A DNA stretch of 64,000 nucleotides from the NCBI RefSeq assembly GCF_057098645.1, contig NZ_CM169472.1; one strand, 5' to 3'. Shown here in pieces: positions 34,666 to 47,990 of this stretch. The position numbers and the translations under genes were made by a program. How positions within the stretch are numbered: position 1 is the stretch's first letter; each line of letters starts with the position of its first letter. The notes under the pieces are model-generated. The model saw only the letters and a list, made by a program, of their open reading frames with translations, had not been told where the DNA came from and did no database searches.

Positions 34666-35823
34666 TTATCTTGATGTTTTAGATATTGCCGGTCCGGCAG
34701 CACGCAAAGTTAACTGACGCCAGAGCCATTCCACCGGCCCCTGGCGGAAGTAACGCAGCCAGATAACAGAGAAGAGAATATTCGCCAGCCATACCGGAAT
34801 AACAAACGCCAGCAATTCCAGACGGTCAAACTGCATAAACAAACCGAGGTGATAAAAAAGCGTGGTACAAATCAGCGTTTGCAATAGATAGTTGGTCAGC
34901 GCCATCCGTCCGACGCAGGCGATCGCCAGCACCAGCTTAAAGCGGCTCAATTGCGGCCAGAAACCATAAAACAGCGACGCATAGCCAATCGCCTGAAACG
35001 GTGCACTCAGTTCCCGCGGCATCTGAAGTAAGAAGGCGCACCAGCGATATGCCCAGTCCAGCCGCCATTGCAGGGCGATGGCAGGAAGGTTAATGATCAC
35101 CCCAATCGCCACCAGCACAAAACCAGTACGACGATAGTGACGTAAGCTGAACTGCCCTTTCAGCCAGCCACTGCGCATCAATGCGGCACCAATGAGCATC
35201 ATCCCAGCCAGTTGCCAGCCATACTGTGCGCCCAGTGCCAATAAACTGTTCCCAACACCATCGGCACGATTACTGATCGCTTCAACGCCGCCGTGAAGCT
35301 TCCAGTATTTTTCATACAAAATAGCCGATGCATCCGGCGTCCAGGCGCGGCTGGTCTCGCTGTCGGAAATCAGCCCCAATAACAGCAAAACGCCAAGCCC
35401 CACCAGATAAAGCATGACGCCTGTATTAAACAGGCTTTTTACCGATGGCGCATCGCGCACCAGCCGCCAGCAGATTAAGCCCACCAGCCCGTAAGCCAGC
35501 AGAATATCGCCGTCCCAGAACAATAAACCGTGAATAAAGCCCAGCAAGACTAACAGCGTTAACCGCGACTGGATCCAGCGTCTGCCACGGGGCAGCAACA
35601 TTTGCAGGCCAGCACCAAACAGCAGCGCAAAAAGCGTGAGGAATTTCACCTGGCCGATGAGATCGAGAAATGCCCAGGTCCATGCATCCTGCGGCGTAAT
35701 AGCGCCGTACCAGGCGGGATTAAGATAAGCCGCCTTTGGTAGCCCAAAGGCGCTGATGTTTAATAGCAGGATCCCCAGAATGGCGACGCCGCGAACAAAA
35801 TCGAGCGTGACGTTGCGCTCCAT
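34666..35823 (-). CDS. yeiB: DUF418-family inner membrane protein
   Basis: 385-aa polytopic membrane protein upstream of folE on the same strand. Confidence 0.8.
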   Translation of the reverse strand: MERNVTLDFVRGVAILGILLLNISAFGLPKAAYLNPAWYGAITPQDAWTWAFLDLIGQVKFLTLFALLFGAGLQMLLPRGRRWIQSRLTLLVLLGFIHGLLFWDGDILLAYGLVGLICWRLVRDAPSVKSLFNTGVMLYLVGLGVLLLLGLISDSETSRAWTPDASAILYEKYWKLHGGVEAISNRADGVGNSLLALGAQYGWQLAGMMLIGAALMRSGWLKGQFSLRHYRRTGFVLVAIGVIINLPAIALQWRLDWAYRWCAFLLQMPRELSAPFQAIGYASLFYGFWPQLSRFKLVLAIACVGRMALTNYLLQTLICTTLFYHLGLFMQFDRLELLAFVIPVWLANILFSVIWLRYFRQGPVEWLWRQLTLRAAGPAISKTSR

Positions 35824-35839
35824 GGTTCCTGCCTTTTAA

Positions 35840-36508
35840 TCAGTTGTGATGACGCACAGCGCGCAGAAACTCGTGGCGCGTATTCTGACTGGATTTGAAC
35901 AATCCACCAAGAGAGGTCGTTGTCGTGGCACTGGTTGCATCGCGGATGCCACGCGCCTTCACGCAATAATGCACCGCGTCGATAGAGACAGCCACGTTAT
36001 TGGTGCCCAGCAGCGTTTGTAGCGCAATGAGAATTTGCTGCGTCAGACGTTCCTGTACCTGCGGACGCTGGGCAAAGAATTGCACGATACGGTTAATTTT
36101 TGACAGACCGATCACCGAATCTTTCGGGATATAAGCCACCGTCGCTTTGCCATCGATGGTAACAAAATGGTGTTCACAGGTACTGGTCAGAGTGATATCG
36201 CGCACGGTGACCATTTCATCGACCTTCATTTTGTTTTCAATGAGGGTGATTTTCGGGAAGTTGGCGTAATCCAGACCGGAGAAAATTTCATCGACATACA
36301 TTTTAGCGATGCGATGCGGCGTTTCCATCAAACTGTCATCAGCCAGGTCGAGATTCAGCAGCTGCATGATTTCGGTCATATGACCAGCAATAAGGCTTTT
36401 GCGCGTTTCGTTATCCATTTCATGCACGGGCGGGCGCAGCGGTGTTTCCAGTCCTCGCGCAACTAACGCTTCATGAACCAGGGCCGCTTCTTTACTGAGT
36501 GATGGCAT
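35840..36508 (-). CDS. folE: GTP cyclohydrolase I
   Basis: 222-aa translation recognised as FolE ([24 protein letters not shown]...). Confidence 0.92.
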
Positions 36509-36732
36509 TTATGATTTCTCCTGCAGGTGTGACGCCTCCGCCCTGCGTGGGGGCAAAGTTATTAAGCTGATTTACAGCCTGATTATTGTGCGTGAGGCGG
36601 CGCACATAATCCAGTATTCACAGCGATAATTATTGTAATTGCCGCTGCCTTTCATCAGCAGATGTTAAAACATCGTTATGCAAATACGGAAGTGAAAGTT
36701 ACTCACAGCACATTGAATAAACGGTATGATGA

Positions 36733-37602
<870 letters not shown>

Positions 37603-37633
37603 AAGTCCGCCCGGTTCGCCGGGCATCTTCTCA

Positions 37634-39625
37634 TCAGAAGCGATAATCCACTGCCATAAAGTAACGACGTCCGTCTTCGTTATAGCTGTAGTCGTCACGA
37701 CTGAGATCCTTGTCGCCAAGGTTCAGCACGCCTGCGCGCAGTTTGACGTCTTTAGTCACCTGCCAGGCCGCGCCGGTATTCCAGATGGTATAACCGCCCG
37801 GTGTTTTAGCCGTCGCGCTGTCGGCTCGTTTCTGCCCGGTATAGTGACCAGAAACATAGAATGACCAGTCTTCCAGCGCCAGCGGTTTCCAGTCCAGCGT
37901 ACCGTTAGCGGTATGGAACGGCAGATCGGATAGCGGTTTGTTTTCGCCGTTGCTGACATCACGACCATCGTTGTAGGTGTAGTTGAGTGACAGTTTCCAT
38001 TCATCGTTGAACGGAATTTTCAGTTCGGTTTCCACGCCCTGAATACGAGCTTTGTTAACGTTGTAGTAGCTAAATACCGGTATGCGCCGTCCGTTAGCGC
38101 CCGTCTCAAAACCGACAAAGTTTTGGTAGCCCGGTGCAGCATTGACGTCAGACGTACGGCTGATGCTGATGCGATCTTTCACATCGTTACGGAAAACGGT
38201 AACGCTGGATTCAACCCCTTCCAGCCAGCCTTCTTCACCCATGTAGTACAGCCCCAGCTCCCAACTTTCGCTGGTTTCTGGTTTCAGATCCGGGCTACCC
38301 ACAATCTTACATGCGCCACGGCAGGAATTGCTCGTCCAGTCAGGGCTAAGTTGCAACAGAGAAGGTGCTTTAAATGCCGTCGCCCAGCCCCCTTTCACCG
38401 TTACGGTGTCGGTGGCGTTATAAACCAGGTAGGCACGCGGACTCCAGTGTTCACCGTAGGTTTCATGATCGTCCATACGTACGCCGGTCGTCAGCGCCAG
38501 CGGCTCGAAGATCCGCCATTCATCTTCCACAAACAGCGCGTACTGGCTGGCAGACGTTTTGGAGCTGGTTCCCCCGGTCAGGTTCACCGCATCGCTAAGT
38601 TTGTCGTGACGCCATTCACCGCCAACCGTGAGAAACTGATTAATCGCCGTCAGCGGCAAGGTGTATTTGCCGTCGACCGTATTGCTTTCGGAAGTTATCG
38701 GGCTGCTGTTGCCAGGGTTTTTGTTCTCGACTTTCTCACCGTAGTATTTCAGTTCGCTGGTGCCGTAATCCCAACGCCCATTATGGCTGACGGAGTAGTT
38801 CTGGCGTTCCAGGCGGTTTTTGTCCAACGAGTCGGAATCACGATCCTGACGGTCGAAACCGTATCCGGCAGTAAAATCGTGATTTTGATTCGGTGTCCAG
38901 GCAAATTCGATATTGCCGTCGCGGCTGGAGAATCCTTCAATACGCGGCGTTTCTCCGGTATCGGTGGTCGTTGAGTTTTGCGGGTCATCCTTTTCACGTT
39001 TTGCCAGGCTGCCGTAAGCTTTCATTCCCAGCACACCATCAATTAATGGTCCACTGGTAAAGAACTGACCGTTATAGGTATCACCGCGATCGCGATGTTC
39101 CTGAATGGTGGTATCGACGGTAACGGTACCCGACCATTTCTGACCGATTTTTTTGGTGATGATATTCACTACACCGCCGAGCGCATCGGAACCGTACAGC
39201 GACGACATCGGGCCACGGACCACTTCAATACGTTCGATGGAATCGACCGGGATCCAGTTCAGATCGAAATCATTGTGGCGGAAGACGGCATTGCGGGAGT
39301 TAACGCGTTTACCGTCGACGAGAATCAGGGTGTAGCTGCTGTCAAGACCACGAATACTAACGCCCTTACGGTTATCCCCTTCGTTCGTCAGTTGTACGCC
39401 AGGCACTTCTTTGAGGACATCCTTCAGATTCTGTACCGGTTTTCGCTGCAGGTCTTCCTGGGTAATGACGCTGATACTGGCGGGTGCATCTTTAAGGTTT
39501 TGTTCAACGGAAGATGCAGTGACAACCATCGTTTCGCCATCATCATCGACCGCTAACACAGGCCATGCACAAGAAATAGCGGACAAACACAGCCCGACCC
39601 GTACGAAAGGGTTCAACCTAAACAT
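37634..39625 (-). CDS. cirA: TonB-dependent colicin I / catecholate siderophore receptor
   Basis: 663 aa with signal peptide, TonB-box region and C-terminal beta-barrel ending in aromatic ...DYRF. Confidence 0.92.
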   Translation of the reverse strand: MFRLNPFVRVGLCLSAISCAWPVLAVDDDGETMVVTASSVEQNLKDAPASISVITQEDLQRKPVQNLKDVLKEVPGVQLTNEGDNRKGVSIRGLDSSYTLILVDGKRVNSRNAVFRHNDFDLNWIPVDSIERIEVVRGPMSSLYGSDALGGVVNIITKKIGQKWSGTVTVDTTIQEHRDRGDTYNGQFFTSGPLIDGVLGMKAYGSLAKREKDDPQNSTTTDTGETPRIEGFSSRDGNIEFAWTPNQNHDFTAGYGFDRQDRDSDSLDKNRLERQNYSVSHNGRWDYGTSELKYYGEKVENKNPGNSSPITSESNTVDGKYTLPLTAINQFLTVGGEWRHDKLSDAVNLTGGTSSKTSASQYALFVEDEWRIFEPLALTTGVRMDDHETYGEHWSPRAYLVYNATDTVTVKGGWATAFKAPSLLQLSPDWTSNSCRGACKIVGSPDLKPETSESWELGLYYMGEEGWLEGVESSVTVFRNDVKDRISISRTSDVNAAPGYQNFVGFETGANGRRIPVFSYYNVNKARIQGVETELKIPFNDEWKLSLNYTYNDGRDVSNGENKPLSDLPFHTANGTLDWKPLALEDWSFYVSGHYTGQKRADSATAKTPGGYTIWNTGAAWQVTKDVKLRAGVLNLGDKDLSRDDYSYNEDGRRYFMAVDYRF

Positions 39626-39792
39626 TCCATATCTCCATGAGGTAACTACGAAAATAAAATGGGTTATCGCTCACATCTTCTTCACGTCCCCTTGCGTACG
39701 GCAGCATCGCGGTGGACTTATTTGTATGCAGGTGATCATCCCAGCAAGCCGGACCAGCCTCTGATTTGTCAGCCTTTTTTGATTGCGGCGTA

Positions 39793-39822
39793 ACGATAAT
39801 GCAAACGATAACAATTATCAAT
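39793..39822. promoter_or_regulatory. Fur box(es) in the cirA promoter
   Basis: gataatgcaaacgataacaattatca, an AT-rich GATAAT/ATTATC-type array upstream of the cirA start. Confidence 0.45.
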
Positions 39823-39870
39823 CCAAATGTTAAATTTTATATCCGCATGATTTGTCAGGGAAATGAAATT

Positions 39871-39898
39871 GAAAAAGCCCTCTCGGTTGAGAGGGCTT
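39871..39898 (-). terminator. Rho-independent terminator of lysP
   Basis: Perfect stem agccctctc/gagagggct with ggtt loop. The A-run on the + strand is a T-run on the minus-strand transcript, about 20 nt after the lysP stop. Confidence 0.7.
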
Positions 39899-39917
39899 AG
39901 CAAGGAAGGGAGGAAAC

Positions 39918-41387
39918 TTATTTCTTATCGTTCTGCGGGAACTTCATTTCGCTGTAGCGTACGAAGTGAGTTCCTTTAATCAGCTTGTAGCCGAACCAAA
40001 TAATCAGGAACAGCGGGATACCAATATACGTTGCCGCTACGCCGCCCCAGTCAATGGTATCTTTCAGGAACGCTTCGTAGTTCTGGCCCAAAGTGATAAT
40101 CAGACACAGAATGAATGCGAAGATCGGCCCCAGTGGGAAGAAACCTGAACGGTACGGCAGATCGTTAATGTCGTGTCCCTGCAATACGTAACCGCGACGG
40201 AAGCGATAGTGGCTAATGGCAATCCCCAGCCAGGCGATAAAACCGGTCATCCCGGAGGTATTCAGCAGCCACAGGTATACCGTCTGGTTGCCAAACATGG
40301 AGGTCAGGAAGCACAGACCGGCAATCACCGTCGTCGCATACAGCGCATTACGCGGCACGCCACCACGCGACAGTTTAGCGAAAATGCGCGGCGCTTTACC
40401 GTCACACGCCAGGGTGTACAGCATACGAGTAGACGCATACATACCGGAGTTACCCGCTGACAGCACCGCCGTCAGAATAACTGCGTTCATCACCGCCGCC
40501 GCAGAGAGCAGACCCGCATGCTGGAACACCAGGGTGAACGGACTGACGCTGATGTCTTTAACATCGTTACGCAGCAGGCTCGGATCGGTGTACGGAATAA
40601 TCAGGCTGATAATCAGGATCGCGAACACATAGAACAACAGGATTCGCCAGAACACCTGACGTACCGCACGTGGAATGTTTTTCGCCGGATCTTCGGACTC
40701 GCCTGCAGCAATACCGATCAGCTCGGTTCCCTGGAAAGAGAAGCCGACAATCATAGCTACGCCGATCATCGCCGCAAAACCACCAGCAAACGGCGCTTCG
40801 CCGATTGTCCAGTTGCTCCAGCCCGCAGGCTGCGCGCCTTTGAAGATACCGATAATCATCAGCACGCCAACGATGATAAAGACAATAACTGTCGTGACTT
40901 TGATCAGTGAGAACCAGTATTCCGCTTCACCAAAGCCGCGAACTGAGATGTAGTTCAGCAGGAAGATAACACCGAGGAACAACGCACTCCAGATCCAGCC
41001 CGGTGTATCCGGGAACCACCAGCTCATGACCAGCTGAGCTGCAACCAGGTCAACGGCGATAGTCACCGCCCAGTTGTACCAGTAGTTCCAGCCCAGCGCG
41101 AAGCCAAAGCCTTCTTCAACATAGTTCTGACCATAAGTGGCAAACGAACCGGAAACCGGCATATATGCAGCCAGTTCACCGAGACTGGTCATCAGGAAGT
41201 AAACCATCAGGCCAATCAACATATACGAGAGCAATGCCCCGCCCGGACCTGCCTGAGAAATCGTTGCGCCAGAGGCAACAAAAAGACCTGTACCGATGGA
41301 ACCACCAATGGCAATCATCGTCAGGTGACGCGCCTTTAATTCACGGCGTAAGCCCGGCGCTTCTGTGGTTTTAGTTTCGGAAACCAT
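39918..41387 (-). CDS. lysP: Lysine-specific permease (APC family)
   Basis: 489-aa 12-TM amino-acid permease (MVSETKTTEAPGLRRELKARHLTMIAIGGSIGTGLF...). Confidence 0.92.
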   Translation of the reverse strand: MVSETKTTEAPGLRRELKARHLTMIAIGGSIGTGLFVASGATISQAGPGGALLSYMLIGLMVYFLMTSLGELAAYMPVSGSFATYGQNYVEEGFGFALGWNYWYNWAVTIAVDLVAAQLVMSWWFPDTPGWIWSALFLGVIFLLNYISVRGFGEAEYWFSLIKVTTVIVFIIVGVLMIIGIFKGAQPAGWSNWTIGEAPFAGGFAAMIGVAMIVGFSFQGTELIGIAAGESEDPAKNIPRAVRQVFWRILLFYVFAILIISLIIPYTDPSLLRNDVKDISVSPFTLVFQHAGLLSAAAVMNAVILTAVLSAGNSGMYASTRMLYTLACDGKAPRIFAKLSRGGVPRNALYATTVIAGLCFLTSMFGNQTVYLWLLNTSGMTGFIAWLGIAISHYRFRRGYVLQGHDINDLPYRSGFFPLGPIFAFILCLIITLGQNYEAFLKDTIDWGGVAATYIGIPLFLIIWFGYKLIKGTHFVRYSEMKFPQNDKK

Positions 41388-41591
41388 ACAAAAATGCTAT
41401 CCATCTTAAAAATGAGGCGCGATTGTAGCAGACGATTGGCAATCCTTCCGGCAGAAATACACGGTTATAAGACACCTTCATGATCGCCCAGGGATTATAA
41501 GTAAAGCAGCCAATCTCTTTTCTGGCGAATGCATGCTGAGGGCGCTGCGTCACGAAATCGACACAGCACCAGCATGTTCTTGTACAGCAAC

Positions 41592-42473
41592 TTAACGCGG
41601 TACATTCGCGGGATCGCAATAGTCCAGAAAGCGCCGTAGCGCGTTGGAAAGGTGTTTTTGCCGATGATGTATACGCCACAACGTACGCATCAGGCGCGGC
41701 AGAGGGACCGCAACTTCACTTAATGTGCCTGCCTGCAATTGATCTTCAATCACACGTCGCGACAGGCAACTAATTCCCAACCCATGACGCACCGCATGTT
41801 TGATTGCCTCGGAGTTACCTAATTCCATCGCCATCTCAAACTTCGGTAAATGTGACAGCAACAGATAATCGACAATCTCCCGCGTGCCGGAACCGCGTTC
41901 ACGCAGGATCCACGGCGCAGCGGCCAGCTGTTCTAAGGTGACCGGGCCACGGGCCAACGGCGAAGTCGGTGCGGCGAAAACCACCAGCTCGTCTTCCAGC
42001 CACGGTTCAGAAATGATTTCAGTGCTGTGGCACGGTCCTTCAATAAAGCCAATATCAACGCGGAAATCCAGCACCGCTTGCATCACGTCCTGGCTATTCC
42101 CAACGCTAAGTTCAATCGGCAACTGCGGATAATCATGGCGATAACGGGCGATAACTGCAGGCAGAATGTAGTTACCGATGGTACTACTGGCATAGATACG
42201 AATCGCGCCGTTGTCTTCGCGAAACAGTTGTTCGATTTCAACCGCCTGTTCAAGCAATGCCAACGCACGCGGATAGAGCAGCCGCCCGTGTTCATTAACA
42301 ACCAGTCTTTTCCCCACGCGATCAAACAGTTGCACGCCAAGCTGCCCTTCCAGGTCGGTCAAGGCTGCGCTCACTGCTGATTGCGACAACGCCAGCATCA
42401 CCGACGCCTGGGTGGTTGATCCACTTTTCAATACTTCTGCAAAAACTTCCAACTGCCGGAGGGTGATGTGCAT
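41592..42473 (-). CDS. yeiE: LysR-family transcriptional regulator
   Basis: N-terminal LysR HTH ([35 protein letters not shown]). Divergent from yeiH. Confidence 0.88.
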
Positions 42474-42571
42474 AGTCGCTTACCACTTATAAAGATTAAT
42501 TATAAATATATAATCAATTTTATTTTTAAACCAGTTAGTCGTAACCTTATGCCCGGTTAAAGGAGAGGGTT

Positions 42572-43621
42572 ATGACGAATATCACCTTACAGAAACAACA
42601 TCGTACACTGTGGCATTTTATTCCGGGGTTAGCCCTGAGTGCAGTTATCACCGGGGTCGCCCTGTGGGGTGGTTCCATTCCCGCGGTTGCGGGTGCCGGG
42701 TTTAGTGCCCTCACCCTCGCAATCTTGTTGGGGATGGTTTTAGGCAACACCATCTATCCGCACATCTGGAAAAGCTGTGACGGTGGTGTGCTGTTTGCCA
42801 AGCAATATTTATTACGTCTGGGTATCATTCTTTATGGCTTCCGTCTGACGTTCTCGCAAATTGCCGATGTCGGTATCAGTGGGATCATCATTGACGTGTT
42901 GACGCTGTCCAGTACCTTCCTGCTGGCTTGCTTCCTGGGGCAGAAAGTGTTTGGTCTGGATAAGCACACCAGCTGGTTGATCGGTGCCGGTAGCAGTATC
43001 TGTGGTGCTGCCGCGGTACTGGCGACTGAGCCGGTAGTGAAAGCGGAAGCCAGTAAAGTAACCGTGGCTGTTGCAACCGTTGTTATCTTCGGGACCGTCG
43101 CGATTTTCCTCTACCCGGCGATATATCCGCTGATGTCTCAATGGTTTAGTCCGGAAACTTTCGGTATCTACATTGGTTCTACTGTGCACGAAGTGGCGCA
43201 GGTGGTGGCGGCAGGTCATGCCATCAGCCCAGATGCGGAAAACGCAGCAGTTATTTCCAAAATGCTGCGCGTGATGATGCTGGCTCCGTTCCTCATCCTG
43301 CTGGCGGCGCGTGTTAAACAGCTGTCTGGGGCGAACAGCGGCGAGAAAAGCAAAATCACTATTCCGTGGTTTGCCATCTTGTTCATCGTAGTTGCCATCT
43401 TTAACTCGTTCCACCTGTTACCGCAGAGCGTGGTGAACATGCTGGTAACGCTGGATACCTTCCTGCTGGCAATGGCGATGGCGGCGCTGGGTCTGACCAC
43501 TCACGTCAGCGCGCTGAAAAAAGCCGGGGCGAAACCTCTGCTGATGGCACTGGTACTGTTTGCCTGGCTGATTGTTGGTGGTGGTGCGATTAACTATGTG
43601 ATTCAAAGCGTCATCGCATAA
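42572..43621 (+). CDS. yeiH: UPF0324-family inner membrane protein
   Basis: 349-aa polytopic membrane protein, divergent from its probable regulator yeiE. Confidence 0.85.
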   Translation: MTNITLQKQHRTLWHFIPGLALSAVITGVALWGGSIPAVAGAGFSALTLAILLGMVLGNTIYPHIWKSCDGGVLFAKQYLLRLGIILYGFRLTFSQIADVGISGIIIDVLTLSSTFLLACFLGQKVFGLDKHTSWLIGAGSSICGAAAVLATEPVVKAEASKVTVAVATVVIFGTVAIFLYPAIYPLMSQWFSPETFGIYIGSTVHEVAQVVAAGHAISPDAENAAVISKMLRVMMLAPFLILLAARVKQLSGANSGEKSKITIPWFAILFIVVAIFNSFHLLPQSVVNMLVTLDTFLLAMAMAALGLTTHVSALKKAGAKPLLMALVLFAWLIVGGGAINYVIQSVIA

Positions 43622-43694
43622 ACCACTACATCTTGCTCCTGTTAACCCGCTATCATTACCGTTTTCCTCCAGCGGGTTTAACAGGAGTCCTCGC

Positions 43695-44552
43695 ATGAAA
43701 TACATTGGAGCGCACGTTAGTGCTGCTGGCGGTCTGGCAAATGCCGCAATTCGCGCCGCCGAAATCGACGCAACCGCGTTTGCCTTGTTCACCAAAAACC
43801 AACGTCAGTGGCGTGCCGCACCGCTCACGACGCAAACCATCGATGAATTCAAAGCCGCCTGTGAAAAATATCACTACACATCGGCGCAAATTCTTCCCCA
43901 CGACAGCTATCTGATTAACCTCGGACATCCGGTCACTGAAGCTCTGGAAAAATCGCGCGATGCCTTTATAGATGAAATGCAGCGTTGCGAACAGCTGGGG
44001 CTTTCTTTGCTCAACTTCCACCCTGGCAGCCATCTGATGCAGATTTCAGAAGAGGATTGCCTTGCGCGTATTGCCGAATCCATCAACATTGCGCTGGATA
44101 AAACTCAAGGTGTGACCGCGGTGATTGAAAACACCGCCGGTCAGGGCAGTAACTTAGGGTTTAAATTCGAACATCTCGCGGCGATTATCGACGGCGTGGA
44201 AGATAAATCCCGTGTCGGCGTCTGCATTGATACCTGCCATGCTTTCGCTGCCGGGTATGATTTGCGTACTCCAGCCGAATGCGAGAAAACGTTCGCTGAT
44301 TTTGCCCGTATTGTCGGCTTTAAGTATCTGCGCGGGATGCACCTTAACGATGCGAAAAGCACCTTTGGCAGCCGCGTTGACCGCCATCATAGCCTCGGTG
44401 AAGGCAATATCGGTCATGATGCGTTCCGCTGGATCATGCAGGACGACCGTTTCGACGGCATTCCGCTGATCCTCGAAACCATCAACCCGGATATCTGGGC
44501 AGAAGAGATCGCCTGGCTGAAAGCGCAACAAACTGAAAAAGCGGTAGCCTGA
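43695..44552 (+). CDS. nfo: Endonuclease IV (AP endonuclease)
   Basis: 285-aa translation [39 protein letters not shown]... recognised as Nfo. Confidence 0.92.
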   Translation: MKYIGAHVSAAGGLANAAIRAAEIDATAFALFTKNQRQWRAAPLTTQTIDEFKAACEKYHYTSAQILPHDSYLINLGHPVTEALEKSRDAFIDEMQRCEQLGLSLLNFHPGSHLMQISEEDCLARIAESINIALDKTQGVTAVIENTAGQGSNLGFKFEHLAAIIDGVEDKSRVGVCIDTCHAFAAGYDLRTPAECEKTFADFARIVGFKYLRGMHLNDAKSTFGSRVDRHHSLGEGNIGHDAFRWIMQDDRFDGIPLILETINPDIWAEEIAWLKAQQTEKAVA

Positions 44553-44554
44553 AG

Positions 44555-45643
44555 ATGAATAACCGGGAAAAGGAGATCCTTGCAATTTTACGGCGTAACC
44601 CGCTGATTCAGCAGAACGAAATTGCGGACATGCTGCAAATCAGCCGTTCGCGCGTTGCGGCGCATATTATGGATTTAATGCGCAAAGGCCGGATTAAAGG
44701 CAAAGGTTACATTCTCACCGAGCAGGAATACTGCGTAGTGGTGGGGGCAATCAATATGGATATTCGCGGGATGGCGGATATCCGTTACCCGCAATCGGCT
44801 TCTCATCCCGGTACAATTCATTGCTCAGCGGGCGGCGTGGGACGCAACATCGCCCACAATCTGGCGCTGTTAGGCCGCGACGTCCATTTGCTTTCAGTGA
44901 TTGGCGATGACTTTTATGGCGAAATGCTCCTGGAAGAAACGCGCCGCGCCGGCGTGAATGTCTCCGGCTGCGTTCGTTTACATGCTCAAAGCACATCGAC
45001 GTATCTGGCAATTGCCAATCGAGACGATGAAACCGTGCTGGCGATTAACGATACCCATCTGCTGGAACAGTTATCGCCGCAATTATTGAACGGGTCGCGC
45101 GATTTACTTCGTCATGCGGGCGTGGTACTGGCTGATTGCAACCTGACAGCCGAGGCGCTGGAATGGGTCTTTACCCTCGCTGATGAGATCCCGGTGTTTG
45201 TCGATACCGTTTCAGAATTCAAAGCGGGCAAAATCAAACACTGGCTGGCGCATATTCACACCCTGAAACCCACTTTACCGGAGCTGGAAATTTTATGGGG
45301 ACAGGCGATCACCAGCGATGCTGACCGTAATGCTGCAGTGAATGCGTTGCATCAGCAAGGTGTTCAGCAACTGTTTGTTTATTTGCCCGATGAGTCAGTT
45401 TATTGCAGCGAAAAGGATGGAGAACAATTTTTGCTGACCGCACCAGCGCATACGACAGTAGACAGTTTTGGTGCTGACGATGGTTTTATGGCGGGCCTGG
45501 TATATAGCTTTCTGGAAGGAAACAATTTCCGTGACAGCGCCCGTTTTGCGATGGCCTGCGCGGCAATTTCACGCGCCAGCGGCAGCTTAAACAACCCTAC
45601 CTTGTCTGCCGATAACGCGCTGTCATTAGTGCCAATGGTGTAA
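44555..45643 (+). CDS. yeiI: PfkB-family sugar/nucleoside kinase with N-terminal HTH domain
   Basis: 362 aa with N-terminal winged-helix region followed by a ribokinase-like fold. Paralogous to psuK. Confidence 0.85.
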   Translation: MNNREKEILAILRRNPLIQQNEIADMLQISRSRVAAHIMDLMRKGRIKGKGYILTEQEYCVVVGAINMDIRGMADIRYPQSASHPGTIHCSAGGVGRNIAHNLALLGRDVHLLSVIGDDFYGEMLLEETRRAGVNVSGCVRLHAQSTSTYLAIANRDDETVLAINDTHLLEQLSPQLLNGSRDLLRHAGVVLADCNLTAEALEWVFTLADEIPVFVDTVSEFKAGKIKHWLAHIHTLKPTLPELEILWGQAITSDADRNAAVNALHQQGVQQLFVYLPDESVYCSEKDGEQFLLTAPAHTTVDSFGADDGFMAGLVYSFLEGNNFRDSARFAMACAAISRASGSLNNPTLSADNALSLVPMV

Positions 45644-45648
45644 CAATG

Positions 45649-45686
45649 TTGCCGGATTCGACGCTTGACCGCATATTATCCGGCTC
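45649..45686. terminator. Hairpin between convergent yeiI and nupX
   Basis: Stem gccggat/atccggc with an acgctt-containing loop. Homologous to the hairpin 3' of psuT. Confidence 0.45.
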
Positions 45687-45698
45687 ATAAATCGCACA

Positions 45699-46949
45699 CT
45701 ACGCTAAACCAATAAAGAACCCGGCAATGGTGGCACTCATCAGGTTAGAAAGTGTCGCCGCCGCCAGCGCGCGTAAACCAAGCTGGGCGATTTCCGGCGC
45801 ACGGTGTGGCGCAACCGCAGAAAACGCCCCCACCACCACCCCGATAGAACCAAAGTTAGCGAAACCGCACAACGCGAAGGAAATAATCGCCACGGTTTTA
45901 GCATCCAGAGTGCCAGCCGTTTGCAGATAGGGTGAGAAATTGAGATAAGCGACAAATTCATTTATTGCCAGTTTCTGTCCAATCAAACTCCCGGCAAGAT
46001 TCGCATCACTCCAGTCAACACCCATCACCCACGCCAGTGGAGCCAACAGGTAACCTAAAATGGACTCCAGCGAGGCATGTTCAAAACCAAACCAGCCGCC
46101 AACGCCGCCGATAATACCGTTAATTAACGCAATGATGGCGACAAATGCCATCACCACTGTCGCCACACCTGCGGCGATTTTCAGCCCGGTCATTGCCCCT
46201 GTCGCAGCGGCTTCAATAATGCTTTTTGGCGGTGTTTCGGTGAAAGAGAGGTTATTAAAAGAAACCTGCGAAGATTCCGTAGCCGGGCTTAACAGGCGGG
46301 CAAACAAGATTCCGCCTGGGATCGCCATTAACGATGCCGCCAGCAAATATTCCACAGGTACGCCCAGTGCGGCGTAACCAATCATTGTCGAACCAGCAAT
46401 CGAGGCCATGCCACTACAAATCGCTGTAAATAATTCATTGCGATTCAGCCGATCGATAAAGGGTTTGACGATTGCCGGAATTTCGTTTTGCCCGAGGAAA
46501 ATGGTAGTGACCGCGACGAATGACTCGATCTTGCTGATATTTAATGCTTTCTGGAATATACCGCCGAGAATGCGAATTAAGATCCCCATCACACCGATGT
46601 AATAGAGAATACTCACCAGCGCGGTGACGAAGATAATTGCCGGTAACACTCTGAAACCAAAGATAAATCCTGCGCCATCAAACAGCGTGTCCATTTTCGG
46701 CCCGACCAGCGAACCGAAGATAAATGCGCTACCTGCATCGCTGTACGCCATCACTTTATGCACGCCAAAAGCGACTTTTTCAGCGACCCAACGCCCTGGC
46801 GGTAACCAAAGCATAATCCCGCCAATCACAACCTGTAACACTAACGCCGCGCCAACGGTACGCAGGCTGATCTTCTTCTTGTTTACTGACAGTAAAAACG
46901 CAATCGTCAGCAATACCACCATTCCCAGAACACTTCTCATGACATCCAT
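45699..46949 (-). CDS. nupX: Concentrative nucleoside transporter (CNT family)
   Basis: 416-aa polytopic transporter, highly similar to psuT in this window. Confidence 0.9.
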   Translation of the reverse strand: MDVMRSVLGMVVLLTIAFLLSVNKKKISLRTVGAALVLQVVIGGIMLWLPPGRWVAEKVAFGVHKVMAYSDAGSAFIFGSLVGPKMDTLFDGAGFIFGFRVLPAIIFVTALVSILYYIGVMGILIRILGGIFQKALNISKIESFVAVTTIFLGQNEIPAIVKPFIDRLNRNELFTAICSGMASIAGSTMIGYAALGVPVEYLLAASLMAIPGGILFARLLSPATESSQVSFNNLSFTETPPKSIIEAAATGAMTGLKIAAGVATVVMAFVAIIALINGIIGGVGGWFGFEHASLESILGYLLAPLAWVMGVDWSDANLAGSLIGQKLAINEFVAYLNFSPYLQTAGTLDAKTVAIISFALCGFANFGSIGVVVGAFSAVAPHRAPEIAQLGLRALAAATLSNLMSATIAGFFIGLA

Positions 46950-47048
46950 AGTTATTATCTCTTCATGTCATATTGGGCGACGGCTTTCTGCCCCTCAGAA
47001 ATAGCCGGGCCTGCATCTTGCGATACTGACCCGGCTTGTTATCAACAC

Positions 47049-47990
47049 TTAATGGGTTTTGATGTAGCCGCGCACGCACTCTTCGACTAAGCCCCAGAAC
47101 CAGTCGGTATCAATAGTGATGCCGACTTTGGTATTAGCGGGCTTGCCAAGAACGCCCAGCTCGTCGCAGACGGTACGCCCATAGCAAGGGCCACTGTTGA
47201 CGTCCACTTCGACGTACATCTCCTGGGTTTTAATGCGATCAGGGTTAATCAGATAACCGATGCAGGTGGCGTCGTGCACCGGGCCGCCAGCCAGGCCGTA
47301 GTTTTCGAACTGGGTTTTGAGAGTGAAGTTCATGATGTCGCTGAACAGCTCTCCGGCAGGGCCGCCTGCCCTTTCCATTCGTGCAATCACGTCCGGGGTG
47401 CAAACGGTCTGGTTGGTGAGATCGAGGCCCATCATCACTAATGGAACGCCAGAGGTGAACACCACGCGTGCGGCTTCCGGGTCAGCAAAGATGTTGAACT
47501 CGGCAGATGGCGTGAAGTTGCCTGTACCGTAAGCGCCGCCCATTAGCACAATTTCACGGATTTTGGGCAGGATCGCGGGTTGCATACGCATTGCCACCGC
47601 GATATTTGAAAGCGGACCAACCGGCACCAGAGTGATATCGCCATCGCTTGCCATCAGGGTATCAATGATGTATTTCACCGCATGAGTGCTTTCTGCCTGG
47701 CGGGTCAGCGGCTCGAATACCGGGCCATCCAGTCCGGTTTCACCGTGAATATTATCGGCAACGATTTGTTGACGCATAATGGGCTGCGGCATCCCCGCAT
47801 AAACCGGAACATTAATCTCCAGTTTCTGGCAAACATTCAGGCCATTAATTAATGTTTTATCAAGCGTCTGATTACCCGCTACAATAGTGATGCCTAATAA
47901 ATCTATTGCCGGATGTTTCGCTGCCATCATCATTGCAATAGCATCATCATGACCCGGATCACAATCCAGAATAATTTTTCTCTTTTCCAT
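47049..47990 (-). CDS. rihB: Pyrimidine-specific ribonucleoside hydrolase
   Basis: N-terminal nucleoside hydrolase signature DCDPGHDDA. 313 aa. Confidence 0.9.
   Translation of the reverse strand: MEKRKIILDCDPGHDDAIAMMMAAKHPAIDLLGITIVAGNQTLDKTLINGLNVCQKLEINVPVYAGMPQPIMRQQIVADNIHGETGLDGPVFEPLTRQAESTHAVKYIIDTLMASDGDITLVPVGPLSNIAVAMRMQPAILPKIREIVLMGGAYGTGNFTPSAEFNIFADPEAARVVFTSGVPLVMMGLDLTNQTVCTPDVIARMERAGGPAGELFSDIMNFTLKTQFENYGLAGGPVHDATCIGYLINPDRIKTQEMYVEVDVNSGPCYGRTVCDELGVLGKPANTKVGITIDTDWFWGLVEECVRGYIKTH

Noticed and set aside
38123-38974. 283-aa ORF on the + strand
   Set aside because: Antisense within cirA. Low-complexity Arg/Phe/Val-rich translation, with no RBS or motif support.
42812-43414. 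200-aa ORF on the - strand
   Set aside because: Antisense within yeiH. Arg/His/Asp-rich, low-complexity translation.
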